The notes under the pieces are model-generated. The model saw only the letters and a list, made by a program, of their open reading frames with translations, was not told where the DNA came from and did no database searches. Positions 18,191-26,457 of a stretch of DNA of 64,000 nucleotides are shown in pieces (position 1 is the first letter of the stretch; every line of letters starts with the position of its first letter). The DNA is taken from positions 1-64,000 of the IMG/VR virus record IMGVR_UViG_3300009430_000001. One strand, written 5' to 3'. Origin of the DNA: a virus. A program made the position numbers and the translations under genes.

Positions 18191-19131
18191 GCCGGCACCG
18201 GAGCAAGCCGCGGCGGGAGGGATGGGCTCCATCCCGGCAGCGGCAGGGGCGTGCTGTCGATCATCGCTGGTGGACACCAGTCGCTCAGCAGGGGATCGAG
18301 GCGCAGCTGCTGGATCGCATGCCGTTCGAGCTGGGCAATGTGGTCCTTCGTGCAGTTCAGCTGCTGGGCGATCTGGGAGGGGTTGAGCGGCGGGTCGTTC
18401 AGGTAGAGCGAGCGCAGGATGAAGCGTTGCTGCGGTGTCAGCGCTGCGCGTCCATGGATCGCCTGGTCGAGACATCGCCTGAGATCGTGTTCTTCCAGAG
18501 TATGAGCGCCATCATCGCCAATGACGTTGTGGCTGAGGACGCCGCGCTCGTCTTCGTCGGCCTGCGGGTCGATCGCGATGATCCTGTTCATGTGGAGTGC
18601 CTGCTCCACCTCGAGGATCTGCTCCTCGCTGAGCTCGGTGGCGGCCGCCAGTTCGGCGAGCGTGGCCGGCCGGCCGAGCTCCTGGCTGAGGTCGCGGCGG
18701 GCCCGGGTGAGCTTGCGGATCGCCGTGTGCATGGCCGCCGTCAGCCGGATCGTCGTCGACTGCTGGTGGCAGATCTGTTGGCAGGCAGCCATCGCGTACC
18801 ACGTGGCGTAGCTGCTGAAGCGGAAGCCGCGGGTGGGATCGAAGCGCTTGCAGGCGGTGATCAGATTCTCGAGGGCCGCCATCGCCAGGTCTTCCAGTGG
18901 GATGCCGTGGCCGTCGAACTTGGCGGCGTTGTGCAGGGCCAATCGCTGGTTGGCCAGGACGAAGGAATCCAGCGCTCGCCTACCTTCTCGCTGGATGGAG
19001 CGCGGCGCTGCATCGGGCCCGCCGGGCCATTGCTGCCAGGTCTGGATGGTTCTGCCGAGCTCGATTTCCTGTTCTGGGGTCAGCAGGCGGTATCGCCCGG
19101 CCGTCCGCTTGAGCGCCTCGAAACCGTCCAA
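18187..19131 (-). CDS. RNA polymerase sigma-70 family factor (RpoD/group 2-like)
   Basis: Region 1.2 RYRLLTPEQEIELGR; region 2 ANQRL..., KRFDPTRGFRFSSYATW; region 3 LSQELGRPATLAELA; region 4 HTH. TTG start at 19131 is inferred. Confidence 0.9.
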   Translation of the reverse strand: MDGFEALKRTAGRYRLLTPEQEIELGRTIQTWQQWPGGPDAAPRSIQREGRRALDSFVLANQRLALHNAAKFDGHGIPLEDLAMAALENLITACKRFDPTRGFRFSSYATWYAMAACQQICHQQSTTIRLTAAMHTAIRKLTRARRDLSQELGRPATLAELAAATELSEEQILEVEQALHMNRIIAIDPQADEDERGVLSHNVIGDDGAHTLEEHDLRRCLDQAIHGRAALTPQQRFILRSLYLNDPPLNPSQIAQQLNCTKDHIAQLERHAIQQLRLDPLLSDWCPPAMIDSTPLPLPGWSPSLPPRLAPVPA

Positions 19132-19224
19132 GGGAGGAGGGATTGCCGTCCTGATTCTCGCATGGCGAGCAGCCAGCTGCAGAACTGCTGTACTCTGCTG
19201 GGAAGCAGCAAGGAGGGCTGCACC

Positions 19225-19443
19225 ATGATCCTTTCCCCTGAAGCTGAATTCCGTCTTCGCCAGATTGCGCTGGAAGCTGAAGAGCTCGACGCCCCGCAGC
19301 TTCGTAAGGTGCTCGTGCGCACCTGGCAGCTGTGGCTCACGGAACGCCAGACGCTCCGTGAGGCCTTGGCCGCCGAGGGCATCGCGATGAACGTCGAGGT
19401 CAACGGCGCTCATCCGAAGCAGCTGGCCGCCAGCCTGGGCTGA
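19225..19443 (+). CDS. nblA: NblA-like phycobilisome degradation protein
   Basis: 72 aa; LSPEAEFRLRQI...A..LD..QLR..LV..WQ.W matches the NblA L(S/T).EQ.F.L helix-loop-helix; AGGAGG SD at 19211. Confidence 0.7.
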   Translation: MILSPEAEFRLRQIALEAEELDAPQLRKVLVRTWQLWLTERQTLREALAAEGIAMNVEVNGAHPKQLAASLG

Positions 19444-19478
19444 GGGGATTCCTACCCTGAGCCCGAGGCTGGGGTGGC

Positions 19479-20162
19479 ATGGCATTCATCACGGGAAACA
19501 GCGGCACCTCGACGGGCGCGCACCTTGATTTCCGTGTCTTCGATCCGGCGAAGGGGTCGTACATCGACCCCAACCCTTTCGCCGGCCGCCTTCTTGTCGG
19601 TGGCAAACGCCTGAGCGATCAGTTTCAGGTCACTTCTCCGTATGGCGATCGCGTGCATCCGGTGCATGGCGATCGACGGATGCATCACGGCATCGACTAC
19701 GGAACACCAGAAGGGACGAGAGTCGATTTCGAGGGTGGCACGTTCAAGGGCTGGTCGTTCGACAAAGGCGGCGGCGGCCACATGGGCGTCTTTGGGTTCA
19801 CTGATGCCAACGGCCGGCAGCTTGAGGCTGTCATGTTGCACGGCAGTGACCCAGGCAAGGGCGCGCCATCGGCACCACCTGCTGGCGGAGGTGGATCCTC
19901 GGGCTCCAGCGGCGGCGGGGATGCTGAGCCGATCCCCATGCCGGAGCCGATCAAGCCGCAACCGATCAAGCCGCCGGAGCCGATCCAGCCATCGCAGCCG
20001 CTCACTGCGGGCGGGAGTGCGACGCCGCAGATGGGTGAAGGCCAGAAGCTGTGGGAGTCCCTGCAGAAGGACAGCCATCGCAAGGCCGGTGATCAGCGCA
20101 TGCAGCTGCTGGTGCAGTTGATGGCTGGCGGGTTGAAGGATTTGTTCGGAGGCTTTGGCTGA
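19479..20162 (+). CDS. M23 family peptidase (virion-associated muralytic enzyme)
   Basis: TGNSG.STGAHLDF and TSPYG.R.HPV.G....HHGIDYG.P.GT; Pro/Gly linker. Confidence 0.8.
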   Translation: MAFITGNSGTSTGAHLDFRVFDPAKGSYIDPNPFAGRLLVGGKRLSDQFQVTSPYGDRVHPVHGDRRMHHGIDYGTPEGTRVDFEGGTFKGWSFDKGGGGHMGVFGFTDANGRQLEAVMLHGSDPGKGAPSAPPAGGGGSSGSSGGGDAEPIPMPEPIKPQPIKPPEPIQPSQPLTAGGSATPQMGEGQKLWESLQKDSHRKAGDQRMQLLVQLMAGGLKDLFGGFG

Positions 20163-20356
20163 TGGACAACGCGCACCCGAGCCATCAGGTCCGACGTGAC
20201 AGTAGTGAGCACGGCCGCCTGATTCCCAGGTACGCCGGAGAAGCGTTCCTGCACATGGCGGGATCTCACGATGTGCCACGTTTGCGGCGGCTGGTGAGCG
20301 ATGAGGCCTACAAGAAGCCGCCATCGGCCAGTGTGAAGGCCGAAGTGTCGACCTGA
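20162..20356 (+). CDS. Hypothetical protein
   Basis: TGATG coupling. Confidence 0.5.
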   Translation: MDNAHPSHQVRRDSSEHGRLIPRYAGEAFLHMAGSHDVPRLRRLVSDEAYKKPPSASVKAEVST

Positions 20357-20397
20357 GGCCGCAGCCCGCGTACGATGGGCCGGACACGCCATTGATC

Positions 20398-20979
20398 ATG
20401 GAGTTGACCATCGAAACCGCTGCTTTGGCCCGGGCGGCCGAGGTGGCTGCCGGCGCCGGGCTGACAGTGCTCGCGATCGCTGCGCTGACGCCGCGGCTGA
20501 TGCGGCCACTGGAGCGCCGGGTTGATGAGCTTGAGCGGATGCCTGAGGCACTGAGCCGCGAGATCCAGAAGGCCTTCCTGACGCTTCAGGGCGAATCGCG
20601 AGATCTGCAGCAGCGTATCAGCGCCGTGCTGCAGCGAACTGGTGAGGCCCTCGAGCAGATCGGCCAGCAGCAGGATGGACTCACGCAGGTGCTCACCGGC
20701 GTGCAGGCTGCCCAGGTTGCGCTCAACGCCCAGGACCAGCAGTTCCAGGCGGCGCTGCTGGAGATGAATGAGCGACTGGGGCGCCAGTCGGAGGTGCTGA
20801 GCCGGCTGGTCGAGGTGTCGCAGCGTCCGCCGGCGATGCCGACACCGCCGGATCCGTGGAGCGGCGGCCTGACGAGTGAACTGAATGAGCGACTGGCCGC
20901 TCAGCGCGAGGAGTTCCTGCGCCGCCAGGCTGAGCGCGGCCGCGCCTTCCAGGCTCCGCAGCCGGAGGGAGCCCAGTGA
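20398..20979 (+). CDS. Membrane-anchored coiled-coil protein
   Basis: N-terminal hydrophobic helix followed by Gln/Leu heptads. Confidence 0.6.
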   Translation: MELTIETAALARAAEVAAGAGLTVLAIAALTPRLMRPLERRVDELERMPEALSREIQKAFLTLQGESRDLQQRISAVLQRTGEALEQIGQQQDGLTQVLTGVQAAQVALNAQDQQFQAALLEMNERLGRQSEVLSRLVEVSQRPPAMPTPPDPWSGGLTSELNERLAAQREEFLRRQAERGRAFQAPQPEGAQ

Positions 20980-21587
20980 AGCTGCTCGTGATCGGACTGA
21001 CGAGCGACGCCCCCGGCTGCGGAAAGAGCACCGCGGCCTTCGCGATCCATGCGTGCCGCGATGGCTGGCACACGGTGCCGTTCGCCAAGACGCTCAAGAC
21101 CATGACGCGAGCATTGCTGGCGGACATCGGCATGAGTGAGCCGGAGATCATTCATCACATGAATGCGGGCAAGCAGGACATCATTGATTCACTGGGCACG
21201 AGTGCGCGGCGGGTCATGCAGGTACTGGGCACCGAGGTGGGTCGTCATATCAGTGAAGACTTCTGGGTACGGATCTGGATGAAGCGAATCCTTGATCTTG
21301 AGCTTGTTAATGCCAAAGGAGTCATCGTTGATGACGTTCGATTTCCCAATGAGGCAAAAGCCATCAAGCAAGTTGGCGGCGAGTTGTGGCGCATTCAGCG
21401 CGACAGTCATATCAAGCTGGATGTGACACATGCCAGTGAAGGCAGCTTGCGGCATTTTGCCGTGGATCGCATTATCGAGAACAGCAGTTCGGTGCGCGAT
21501 TTTGCAGCGGCTGTGAAGACGGCCCTGCATGCTGCTGAACGGCGTCACCTCGAGGCGTTGGATCTTGCTGATGTTGGAGGACGCTGA
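20976..21587 (+). CDS. Deoxynucleoside monophosphate kinase
   Basis: P-loop GCGKST, FA..LK, R..MQ.LGTE.GR, DDVRFPNE, HASE. Confidence 0.9.
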   Translation: MKLLVIGLTSDAPGCGKSTAAFAIHACRDGWHTVPFAKTLKTMTRALLADIGMSEPEIIHHMNAGKQDIIDSLGTSARRVMQVLGTEVGRHISEDFWVRIWMKRILDLELVNAKGVIVDDVRFPNEAKAIKQVGGELWRIQRDSHIKLDVTHASEGSLRHFAVDRIIENSSSVRDFAAAVKTALHAAERRHLEALDLADVGGR

Positions 21588-21588
21588 A

Positions 21589-21963
21589 ATGGGTACCGTA
21601 CGCACACTGCCATTGGCTGTCACCATGGAAGGACTTGATTTCACCACGTATCAGATGAAAGCTCGGGAGACTGGGATTTGCCCTGCGATTGGCGGCTCGG
21701 AAATTTATCCGTGTCTAGGTCTCGCATCAGAGGTTGGCGAGTTGATGGGGAAAGTCAAAAAGATATATAGAGATCATAAAGGCCAGTACACAACAGAAGA
21801 TCTTGATGCTATTGCCTCTGAGGTGGGGGACTGCATGTGGTACTTGGCGACGATTGCCACGGAGTTGGGAATTTCACTCGAAGGCTGTGCGCGAGGCAAT
21901 CTGGAAAAACTCGCCTCACGCAAGGCTCGTGGAGTGCTCGGTGGTAGCGGGGATAATCGATGA
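21589..21963 (+). CDS. mazG: MazG-like nucleotide pyrophosphohydrolase
   Basis: LGLASEVGE...KVKK.YRD; EVGD.MWY; N..KL.SR..RG.L.GSGDNR. Confidence 0.9.
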   Translation: MGTVRTLPLAVTMEGLDFTTYQMKARETGICPAIGGSEIYPCLGLASEVGELMGKVKKIYRDHKGQYTTEDLDAIASEVGDCMWYLATIATELGISLEGCARGNLEKLASRKARGVLGGSGDNR

Positions 21964-22111
21964 CAGTAGATTTCGTTATTCGTGTTGTCCCTGGTGGTGG
22001 TAACATCGGTCGTTTTTGTTGGCGTAATTCCATGCCGTTTCCTTGCCGTCCCTGGACTTGGTGCTTTGGCCGATGCTGGTGGGCGAGGGCTTGAGACCCG
22101 AAGGCTCGCGG

Positions 22112-22384
22112 ATGCACGAGGATGGCCCACTGGTTCTCGAGCCGCGGGCCCTCTACGATTCGGCACTGGCTGGCTGGGCCCGGCGACCCGGCGATGCCAC
22201 GGCGATCCTGATCTATGACGGGCCGCTGCTGGTTGAAGCGTTGGTCGCCGATGGAATGAGCGAAGAGGAGGCGATTGAATGGATCGGCTACAACATCGAA
22301 GGTGCGTGGCTCGGGCCTGGCATGCCGATGGTGCTTAACCGCATTGCACAGGATAAACTGGATGAGGTGCTGGAGAGTCTCTAG
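22112..22384 (+). CDS. Conserved phage hypothetical protein
   Basis: YD.A..G...IYD....L..DGMSEEEAIEW..YNI.GAW.G...P family pattern; start uncertain. Confidence 0.7.
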   Translation: MHEDGPLVLEPRALYDSALAGWARRPGDATAILIYDGPLLVEALVADGMSEEEAIEWIGYNIEGAWLGPGMPMVLNRIAQDKLDEVLESL

Positions 22385-22416
22385 CTGGTAGACTGTTCGT
22401 CCATCCGACGAGATCA

Positions 22417-22800
22417 ATGCGTCAAACGCGAGTCGCAACACCAGCAGAAGTCAAGCGAGCGCTGGAGCTGGCAGCCGAAGGCATGAGCTCGTTTGACATT
22501 GCCAAAGAGCTTGGCAGGAACGATCGCACGGTCCGCGACTGGCTTCGGCGTGGTCATCCGCGTGCTCCATCCATCAAGCCGAAGGAGCGCAGCAACATTC
22601 ATGACTACGGAACGCGGGTGTCAGCGCTGCTCGAGCCGGAGGCCCTGGAGCGATTGGATGTTGTCTGCCAGGAGCAGGGCGGTGTTCCGCGTTCATTCGT
22701 GATCAGGAATGCTGTTGAGCTCTATCTCGATGCCATGGACCGCTTGCGTGGTGGCAGCAGCCGCCCGCTCGATGTCCGTGGCTACCGGCCGGGGTCTTGA
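22417..22800 (+). CDS. HTH plus ribbon-helix-helix DNA-binding protein
   Basis: GMSSFDIAKELGRNDRTVRDWL HTH; RVSALL....LERLD.....RSFVIRNAVELYL RHH. Confidence 0.75.
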   Translation: MRQTRVATPAEVKRALELAAEGMSSFDIAKELGRNDRTVRDWLRRGHPRAPSIKPKERSNIHDYGTRVSALLEPEALERLDVVCQEQGGVPRSFVIRNAVELYLDAMDRLRGGSSRPLDVRGYRPGS

Positions 22801-22803
22801 GTC

Positions 22804-23013
22804 ATGGCGCGAAGCCATCGTCGCCAGAGTCGCTGGGGGCGATCGGGAGATGACTTCAAGATCTTCCATCGCCGGCAGTTGGTTGAGGTCTACATGGGCG
22901 ACTCGTGGGTGCCTGGGTGGGTGGGCAAAGTCGGCAAAGATCGAATCGAGGTCGACCTTAAGCGCGGAGGTACGACCTGGGTCTATGACGCGCGCAATGT
23001 TCTTGTGATCTGA
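22804..23013 (+). CDS. Hypothetical protein (SH3-like)
   Basis: VEVYMGDSWVPGWV...IEV; operon position. Confidence 0.55.
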   Translation: MARSHRRQSRWGRSGDDFKIFHRRQLVEVYMGDSWVPGWVGKVGKDRIEVDLKRGGTTWVYDARNVLVI

Positions 23014-23018
23014 AAACC

Positions 23019-23321
23019 ATGGCATCTGACAAAGCCGCACAACTCGAAGAAGATCTGGTGATTGCCAAGCAATTGCCGATTGCAAATCCAAAAGATCCAG
23101 ACTATGTCAATGCAGGGCGCCTGCTTATGCGGTATCCGTCTGCACAGGATGGGCAGTTTGGTGCAGAGGTTCGCTTGATCGTCTTGGCTCGGTTGAACAA
23201 CTGGAACATGGAGCTGCGTGAGCTGTTCGAGATTTCCAGAGAGATCTGGGCCAATGGGTATCGGCCCGCTCATTTGCATGAAGCTTACGGCAGTGGAGCC
23301 GATGCTAGTTCTCCTGGTTGA
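23019..23321 (+). CDS. DUF3288-like cyanobacterial protein
   Basis: D......L.......D.V.A.RLLMRY...L..W.....L....R.IW..GYRP...GSG.D pattern recalled from picocyanobacterial DUF3288. Confidence 0.65.
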   Translation: MASDKAAQLEEDLVIAKQLPIANPKDPDYVNAGRLLMRYPSAQDGQFGAEVRLIVLARLNNWNMELRELFEISREIWANGYRPAHLHEAYGSGADASSPG

Positions 23322-23326
23322 TCAGC

Positions 23327-23770
23327 ATGCAATTCTATTGCCCTGAATGCGGCGCGGAAACCCGCGTCATGGAAACACGAATCACGCAGGGCCTGGGAAT
23401 GCGGCGTCGGCGCATTTGCGAGTCAGGCCATCGCTTCACGACACGGGAAGTGCCCGTGAAGGAGCTGAATGAATTGTTGCGGTTAAAGGCTTTGGCAGAG
23501 CCGAACGATGTAGTCCTGGAGTTGACGCCGATCAAGAGAGACGAGCAATGGGAGTCCGTGGCCCTCACCTACAAACCAGTAGGTGTCCACAGCTTCCTCT
23601 CTGGGTCTCGGCGTCTGGAAGGAAAGCAGTCCGCGCTCGCATTGCGGAGCGTTGCGGATCTTGCGCAGGATGCCAATGGGTTGCTCGCCCCAGAAGGCCC
23701 GGGCGCCATTGAGGGCCTCGAAGGTGATCTGGCTGATCGGATCGTGCCAGAGGTGAGGGCCAATCGGTGA
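23327..23770 (+). CDS. NrdR-like zinc-ribbon protein
   Basis: CPECG.ETRV.ETR.....RRRR.C..GHRFTTRE. Confidence 0.7.
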   Translation: MQFYCPECGAETRVMETRITQGLGMRRRRICESGHRFTTREVPVKELNELLRLKALAEPNDVVLELTPIKRDEQWESVALTYKPVGVHSFLSGSRRLEGKQSALALRSVADLAQDANGLLAPEGPGAIEGLEGDLADRIVPEVRANR

Positions 23771-23815
23771 GCCGAAGCGAAGTTCAAGGCGTGCGGAAGG
23801 AGCGAGTGTCGCCAT
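23483..23815 (-). CDS. Hypothetical protein (antisense overlap with the zinc-ribbon gene tail)
   Basis: Protein-like composition; continues the minus-strand chain from 24071. Confidence 0.4.
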   Translation of the reverse strand: MATLAPSARLELRFGSPIGPHLWHDPISQITFEALNGARAFWGEQPIGILRKIRNAPQCERGLLSFQTPRPREEAVDTYWFVGEGHGLPLLVSLDRRQLQDYIVRLCQSL

Positions 23816-24071
23816 GTTCGAAGCGTGTCTCTTGCCGTTGCAGGCCGCGGGCCTGGTTGATGGAGGCCTGATTCAGGCCGCCTGCATCACCGCGAGTGAA
23901 GGCCGGCGGTGGTGCTTCGGGGTTCTGGGCCTGACTCTTGGAGCGCCACCTGGCGGCTGCCACACGAGCACGAGCGTAGGATCCGCTGCCACCACCATCG
24001 GTGGCCTGACTGGAGGGGCGACCACGTCCGCGGCCGGGGAGTGTGGCGCCGGAGAAGGATCGTGCGGCCAT
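23784..24071 (-). CDS. Hypothetical low-complexity protein
   Basis: TGATG coupled; ARARVAAARW resembles ARAKVAAGKF in 62392..62748. Confidence 0.5.
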   Translation of the reverse strand: MAARSFSGATLPGRGRGRPSSQATDGGGSGSYARARVAAARWRSKSQAQNPEAPPPAFTRGDAGGLNQASINQARGLQRQETRFEHGDTRSFRTP

Positions 24072-24277
24072 CAGTACCCCGCCAGATCACTGGGGTTGAT
24101 GGTGACGCCATGCCTGGCGGCCTGCTCGATAATGTCGAGGTAGCTGGGCACCTGATCCTTCGGCTGCGGAACGGGCGGTGGCGGCGGAGGCGGGACGTTG
24201 ACCTCTCCGGTGTAGATATTTCCCCAGCTGTCGGAGTCCCACGATGTGGTCTCAACGCCAGGCAGTTGTTGTGACAT
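24071..24277 (-). CDS. Hypothetical Pro-rich protein
   Basis: TACCCTGAG box 27 nt upstream of the ATG at 24277. Confidence 0.55.
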   Translation of the reverse strand: MSQQLPGVETTSWDSDSWGNIYTGEVNVPPPPPPPVPQPKDQVPSYLDIIEQAARHGVTINPSDLAGY

Positions 24278-24296
24278 GGAGGCTCTCCAGCTGCGC

Positions 24297-24716
24297 TCAG
24301 GGTACGGGCATTCTGCGCAGCTCCAGCCATGCCACATCACCAAGCTGCAGGAAATCTAAAATCTCGCTCTTCTTCAGGAGCCTGTGATTGCGGACATAGC
24401 GATAGAAGACCGCGGGGCCTGTGGTGGTGAAGCAGATGTGCTCGGCAGTGGGCCACCACAGGACCTGGAAGCCATCGAGTTGCCAGAGGCAGCGGGAGAA
24501 GAGGCGATGCAGGGCGTCGGAGGTCTTGCGCAGGGCTGCCAGGGTGGCCTTGTCGAGCGGCGTCGGGTGACCACTGGCGATGTAGTGGTGGAGCAGGACG
24601 TGCGGGCTGTTGCGGGTGATCGAGCGCTCAGGACGCAGCCAGCGGCCTTCCATGTCGATCGGCTCGGGATCGATCGCCAGGGCGTCGATGCGGCACAGGG
24701 GATGGAGCTCAGGCAT
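24297..24716 (-). CDS. Hypothetical protein
   Basis: Overlapping minus-strand chain. Confidence 0.6.
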   Translation of the reverse strand: MPELHPLCRIDALAIDPEPIDMEGRWLRPERSITRNSPHVLLHHYIASGHPTPLDKATLAALRKTSDALHRLFSRCLWQLDGFQVLWWPTAEHICFTTTGPAVFYRYVRNHRLLKKSEILDFLQLGDVAWLELRRMPVP

Positions 24717-25434
24717 TGAACCTCCGGGTTAGCAGCGGCTTGATGCGCGCATGGGCGGTGCCGATGTGGCAGTCGGCTTGCCAGTCGAAGGGGAGTTCTT
24801 CGGTGAGGAGAATGCGGCCGAAGCTGCGGAAGTTTTCGCAGAAGCAGCGGAGGCGATCTTCGTCGATCTCGATGCCGAGCTTGCGGGGGAGGTAGAAGGT
24901 GGTGGCGGGTGCTGCGGTGTTGACGCGCACGAAGCTCTGGTTGTGCTCGGACCAGCGCACCATCGGTAGTCGGCGGTAGTGGATGGCGAAGGGGAAGCTG
25001 AAGAGCAGTGGCTCACGCCGGTGGAGCTCGGTGTGGCAGATCAGGAGAATCGCCTCACTGCAACGATCGGTTAAGTATTCCTTCAGCAGTTTGCGAATCT
25101 GTTGGCGGGCGATCCTCGCGCTTGGATGTACCTGCAGGAAGATCCGTCCATGCCAGGGCTCCTCGAACGATCGCTCGACGGCCTCCACGGGAAACCAGGA
25201 GCCGGCTTCGATCAGGGCCTGGCGCCTGGGGCTCGAGCAGGGATCGAGGTCGATGATCGGCAAGGTGCGACGCAGCGCATCGAGGTAGGCCTGCTCCGGG
25301 GTGAACAGCTGCTCATCGGGTGACTCGATCACGGCGAAACGGTCCTGGGGTAGGGGCCCGTCGGCGTTCACCTGGGGCGGTGTCGAGAGGATCTGGAAGC
25401 GCTCAGGCACGCGCGGCGTCACGGAGCACGGCAT
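24709..25434 (-). CDS. Phage Dam-type adenine methyltransferase-like protein with degenerate catalytic motif
   Basis: FTP......R..L..IDLDPCSS and PW.GRIFL, but QVHP instead of NPPY. Confidence 0.55.
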   Translation of the reverse strand: MPCSVTPRVPERFQILSTPPQVNADGPLPQDRFAVIESPDEQLFTPEQAYLDALRRTLPIIDLDPCSSPRRQALIEAGSWFPVEAVERSFEEPWHGRIFLQVHPSARIARQQIRKLLKEYLTDRCSEAILLICHTELHRREPLLFSFPFAIHYRRLPMVRWSEHNQSFVRVNTAAPATTFYLPRKLGIEIDEDRLRCFCENFRSFGRILLTEELPFDWQADCHIGTAHARIKPLLTRRFNA

Positions 25435-25816
25435 CCAGCTGCATGCCGGGGGAATCGTTGTCGAGCTCGTAGGCGCGCAGGCCGGCGGGATCGGCGATCG
25501 CGATCAGCGTCTTGCCCTTGGGGAGAGCCTCCAGCCGGGCGAGCAACCGGCGGAAGGTCTCGCGCAGATCCTCGTCGCTGTTGCGTTCGGCGAGGTCCAT
25601 CTGCGCCTTGAGGCCCTCAGCGGATTCCCAGATTGCGCCCTGGTCGAAGGCGGTGAAGACGAAGAAGCCAGGGCCGCGCTTGCGACGAATGGCTTTGCTC
25701 TGGCCGACGATGTCATCGAGCACAGCGGTGCCGATCGCCCGGGCCATGCCGATGGCGGTTTCGGAATCGCCAGGCTTGAGACCGAAGAGCCGGCGGGCGA
25801 GATCAGTGCGATCCAT
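25403..25816 (-). CDS. Hypothetical protein
   Basis: MDRTDLARRL..; overlapping chain. Confidence 0.6.
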   Translation of the reverse strand: MDRTDLARRLFGLKPGDSETAIGMARAIGTAVLDDIVGQSKAIRRKRGPGFFVFTAFDQGAIWESAEGLKAQMDLAERNSDEDLRETFRRLLARLEALPKGKTLIAIADPAGLRAYELDNDSPGMQLDAVLRDAARA

Positions 25817-26213
25817 CGGCGATGAGCTCGAGTTGCTGGGGGTTGGCCTTGCGCCGCGGCCGGCGCTGCAGGCGCGGCTTGGTGCGGATGGCTTGGGTCT
25901 CGAGGCCTGGGAAGAGCCAGGCGCCCTGCAGCCGATCCGGTGCAATCAGGCTCCAGTGGACTTCGATGGCGGTCTCGCTCTGGTAGAGCTCGCCGAGGCT
26001 GGTGAGGCGGTGAACGGAGACCCGCTCGCGGCGGCCCGGCTGGCCAGCGGCATCGAGCCAGGTGACCTGGACGGAGTTGGAGGTGATCGTGGCGTCGGAG
26101 ATGAAGCCGGCGCGGCGACCGATCATGCCGTCGCGCCGGGTGTCACGGACGAGAGCGGAGCTGCCGCCATGTCGGGTGACGAGCAGGTTGGGCCGGACCT
26201 CGACGTGGCGCAT
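25803..26213 (-). CDS. Hypothetical protein (SH3/KOW-like)
   Basis: G.I.......VQVTW pattern; chain position. Confidence 0.5.
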   Translation of the reverse strand: MRHVEVRPNLLVTRHGGSSALVRDTRRDGMIGRRAGFISDATITSNSVQVTWLDAAGQPGRRERVSVHRLTSLGELYQSETAIEVHWSLIAPDRLQGAWLFPGLETQAIRTKPRLQRRPRRKANPQQLELIADGSH

Positions 26214-26244
26214 GAGGCGGACGTTGTGTCCGGCCGAGTCTACT

Positions 26245-26454
26245 TCAGCTGCTCCTCCTCAGCGCACGCAGGGAATCGGAAAGCTCAAGGCTGCGACGGC
26301 GCAGAGATTTGGTCGGTTCCTTGCCAAGAGCCCAGCCGTGTTCATCAAACAGGGTTTGGGCGTCAGGGCTTTCTGCGACTTGAAGGATTTCGTTGGCGCG
26401 CTCGAGGAAGCGTTCGCATTCCTCGACGCAGCCACGGATGTTGTCAATGTGCAT
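26245..26454 (-). CDS. Hypothetical protein
   Basis: E.ERFL.RA...SLRR.SLELS..L.ALRR, a pattern seen in small phage proteins. Confidence 0.6.
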   Translation of the reverse strand: MHIDNIRGCVEECERFLERANEILQVAESPDAQTLFDEHGWALGKEPTKSLRRRSLELSDSLRALRRSS

Positions 26455-26457
26455 GAT

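Noticed and set aside
18184-19443. 419-aa + strand ORF
   Set aside because: Antisense to the sigma gene; only the last 72 codons (SD plus ATG at 19225) look real
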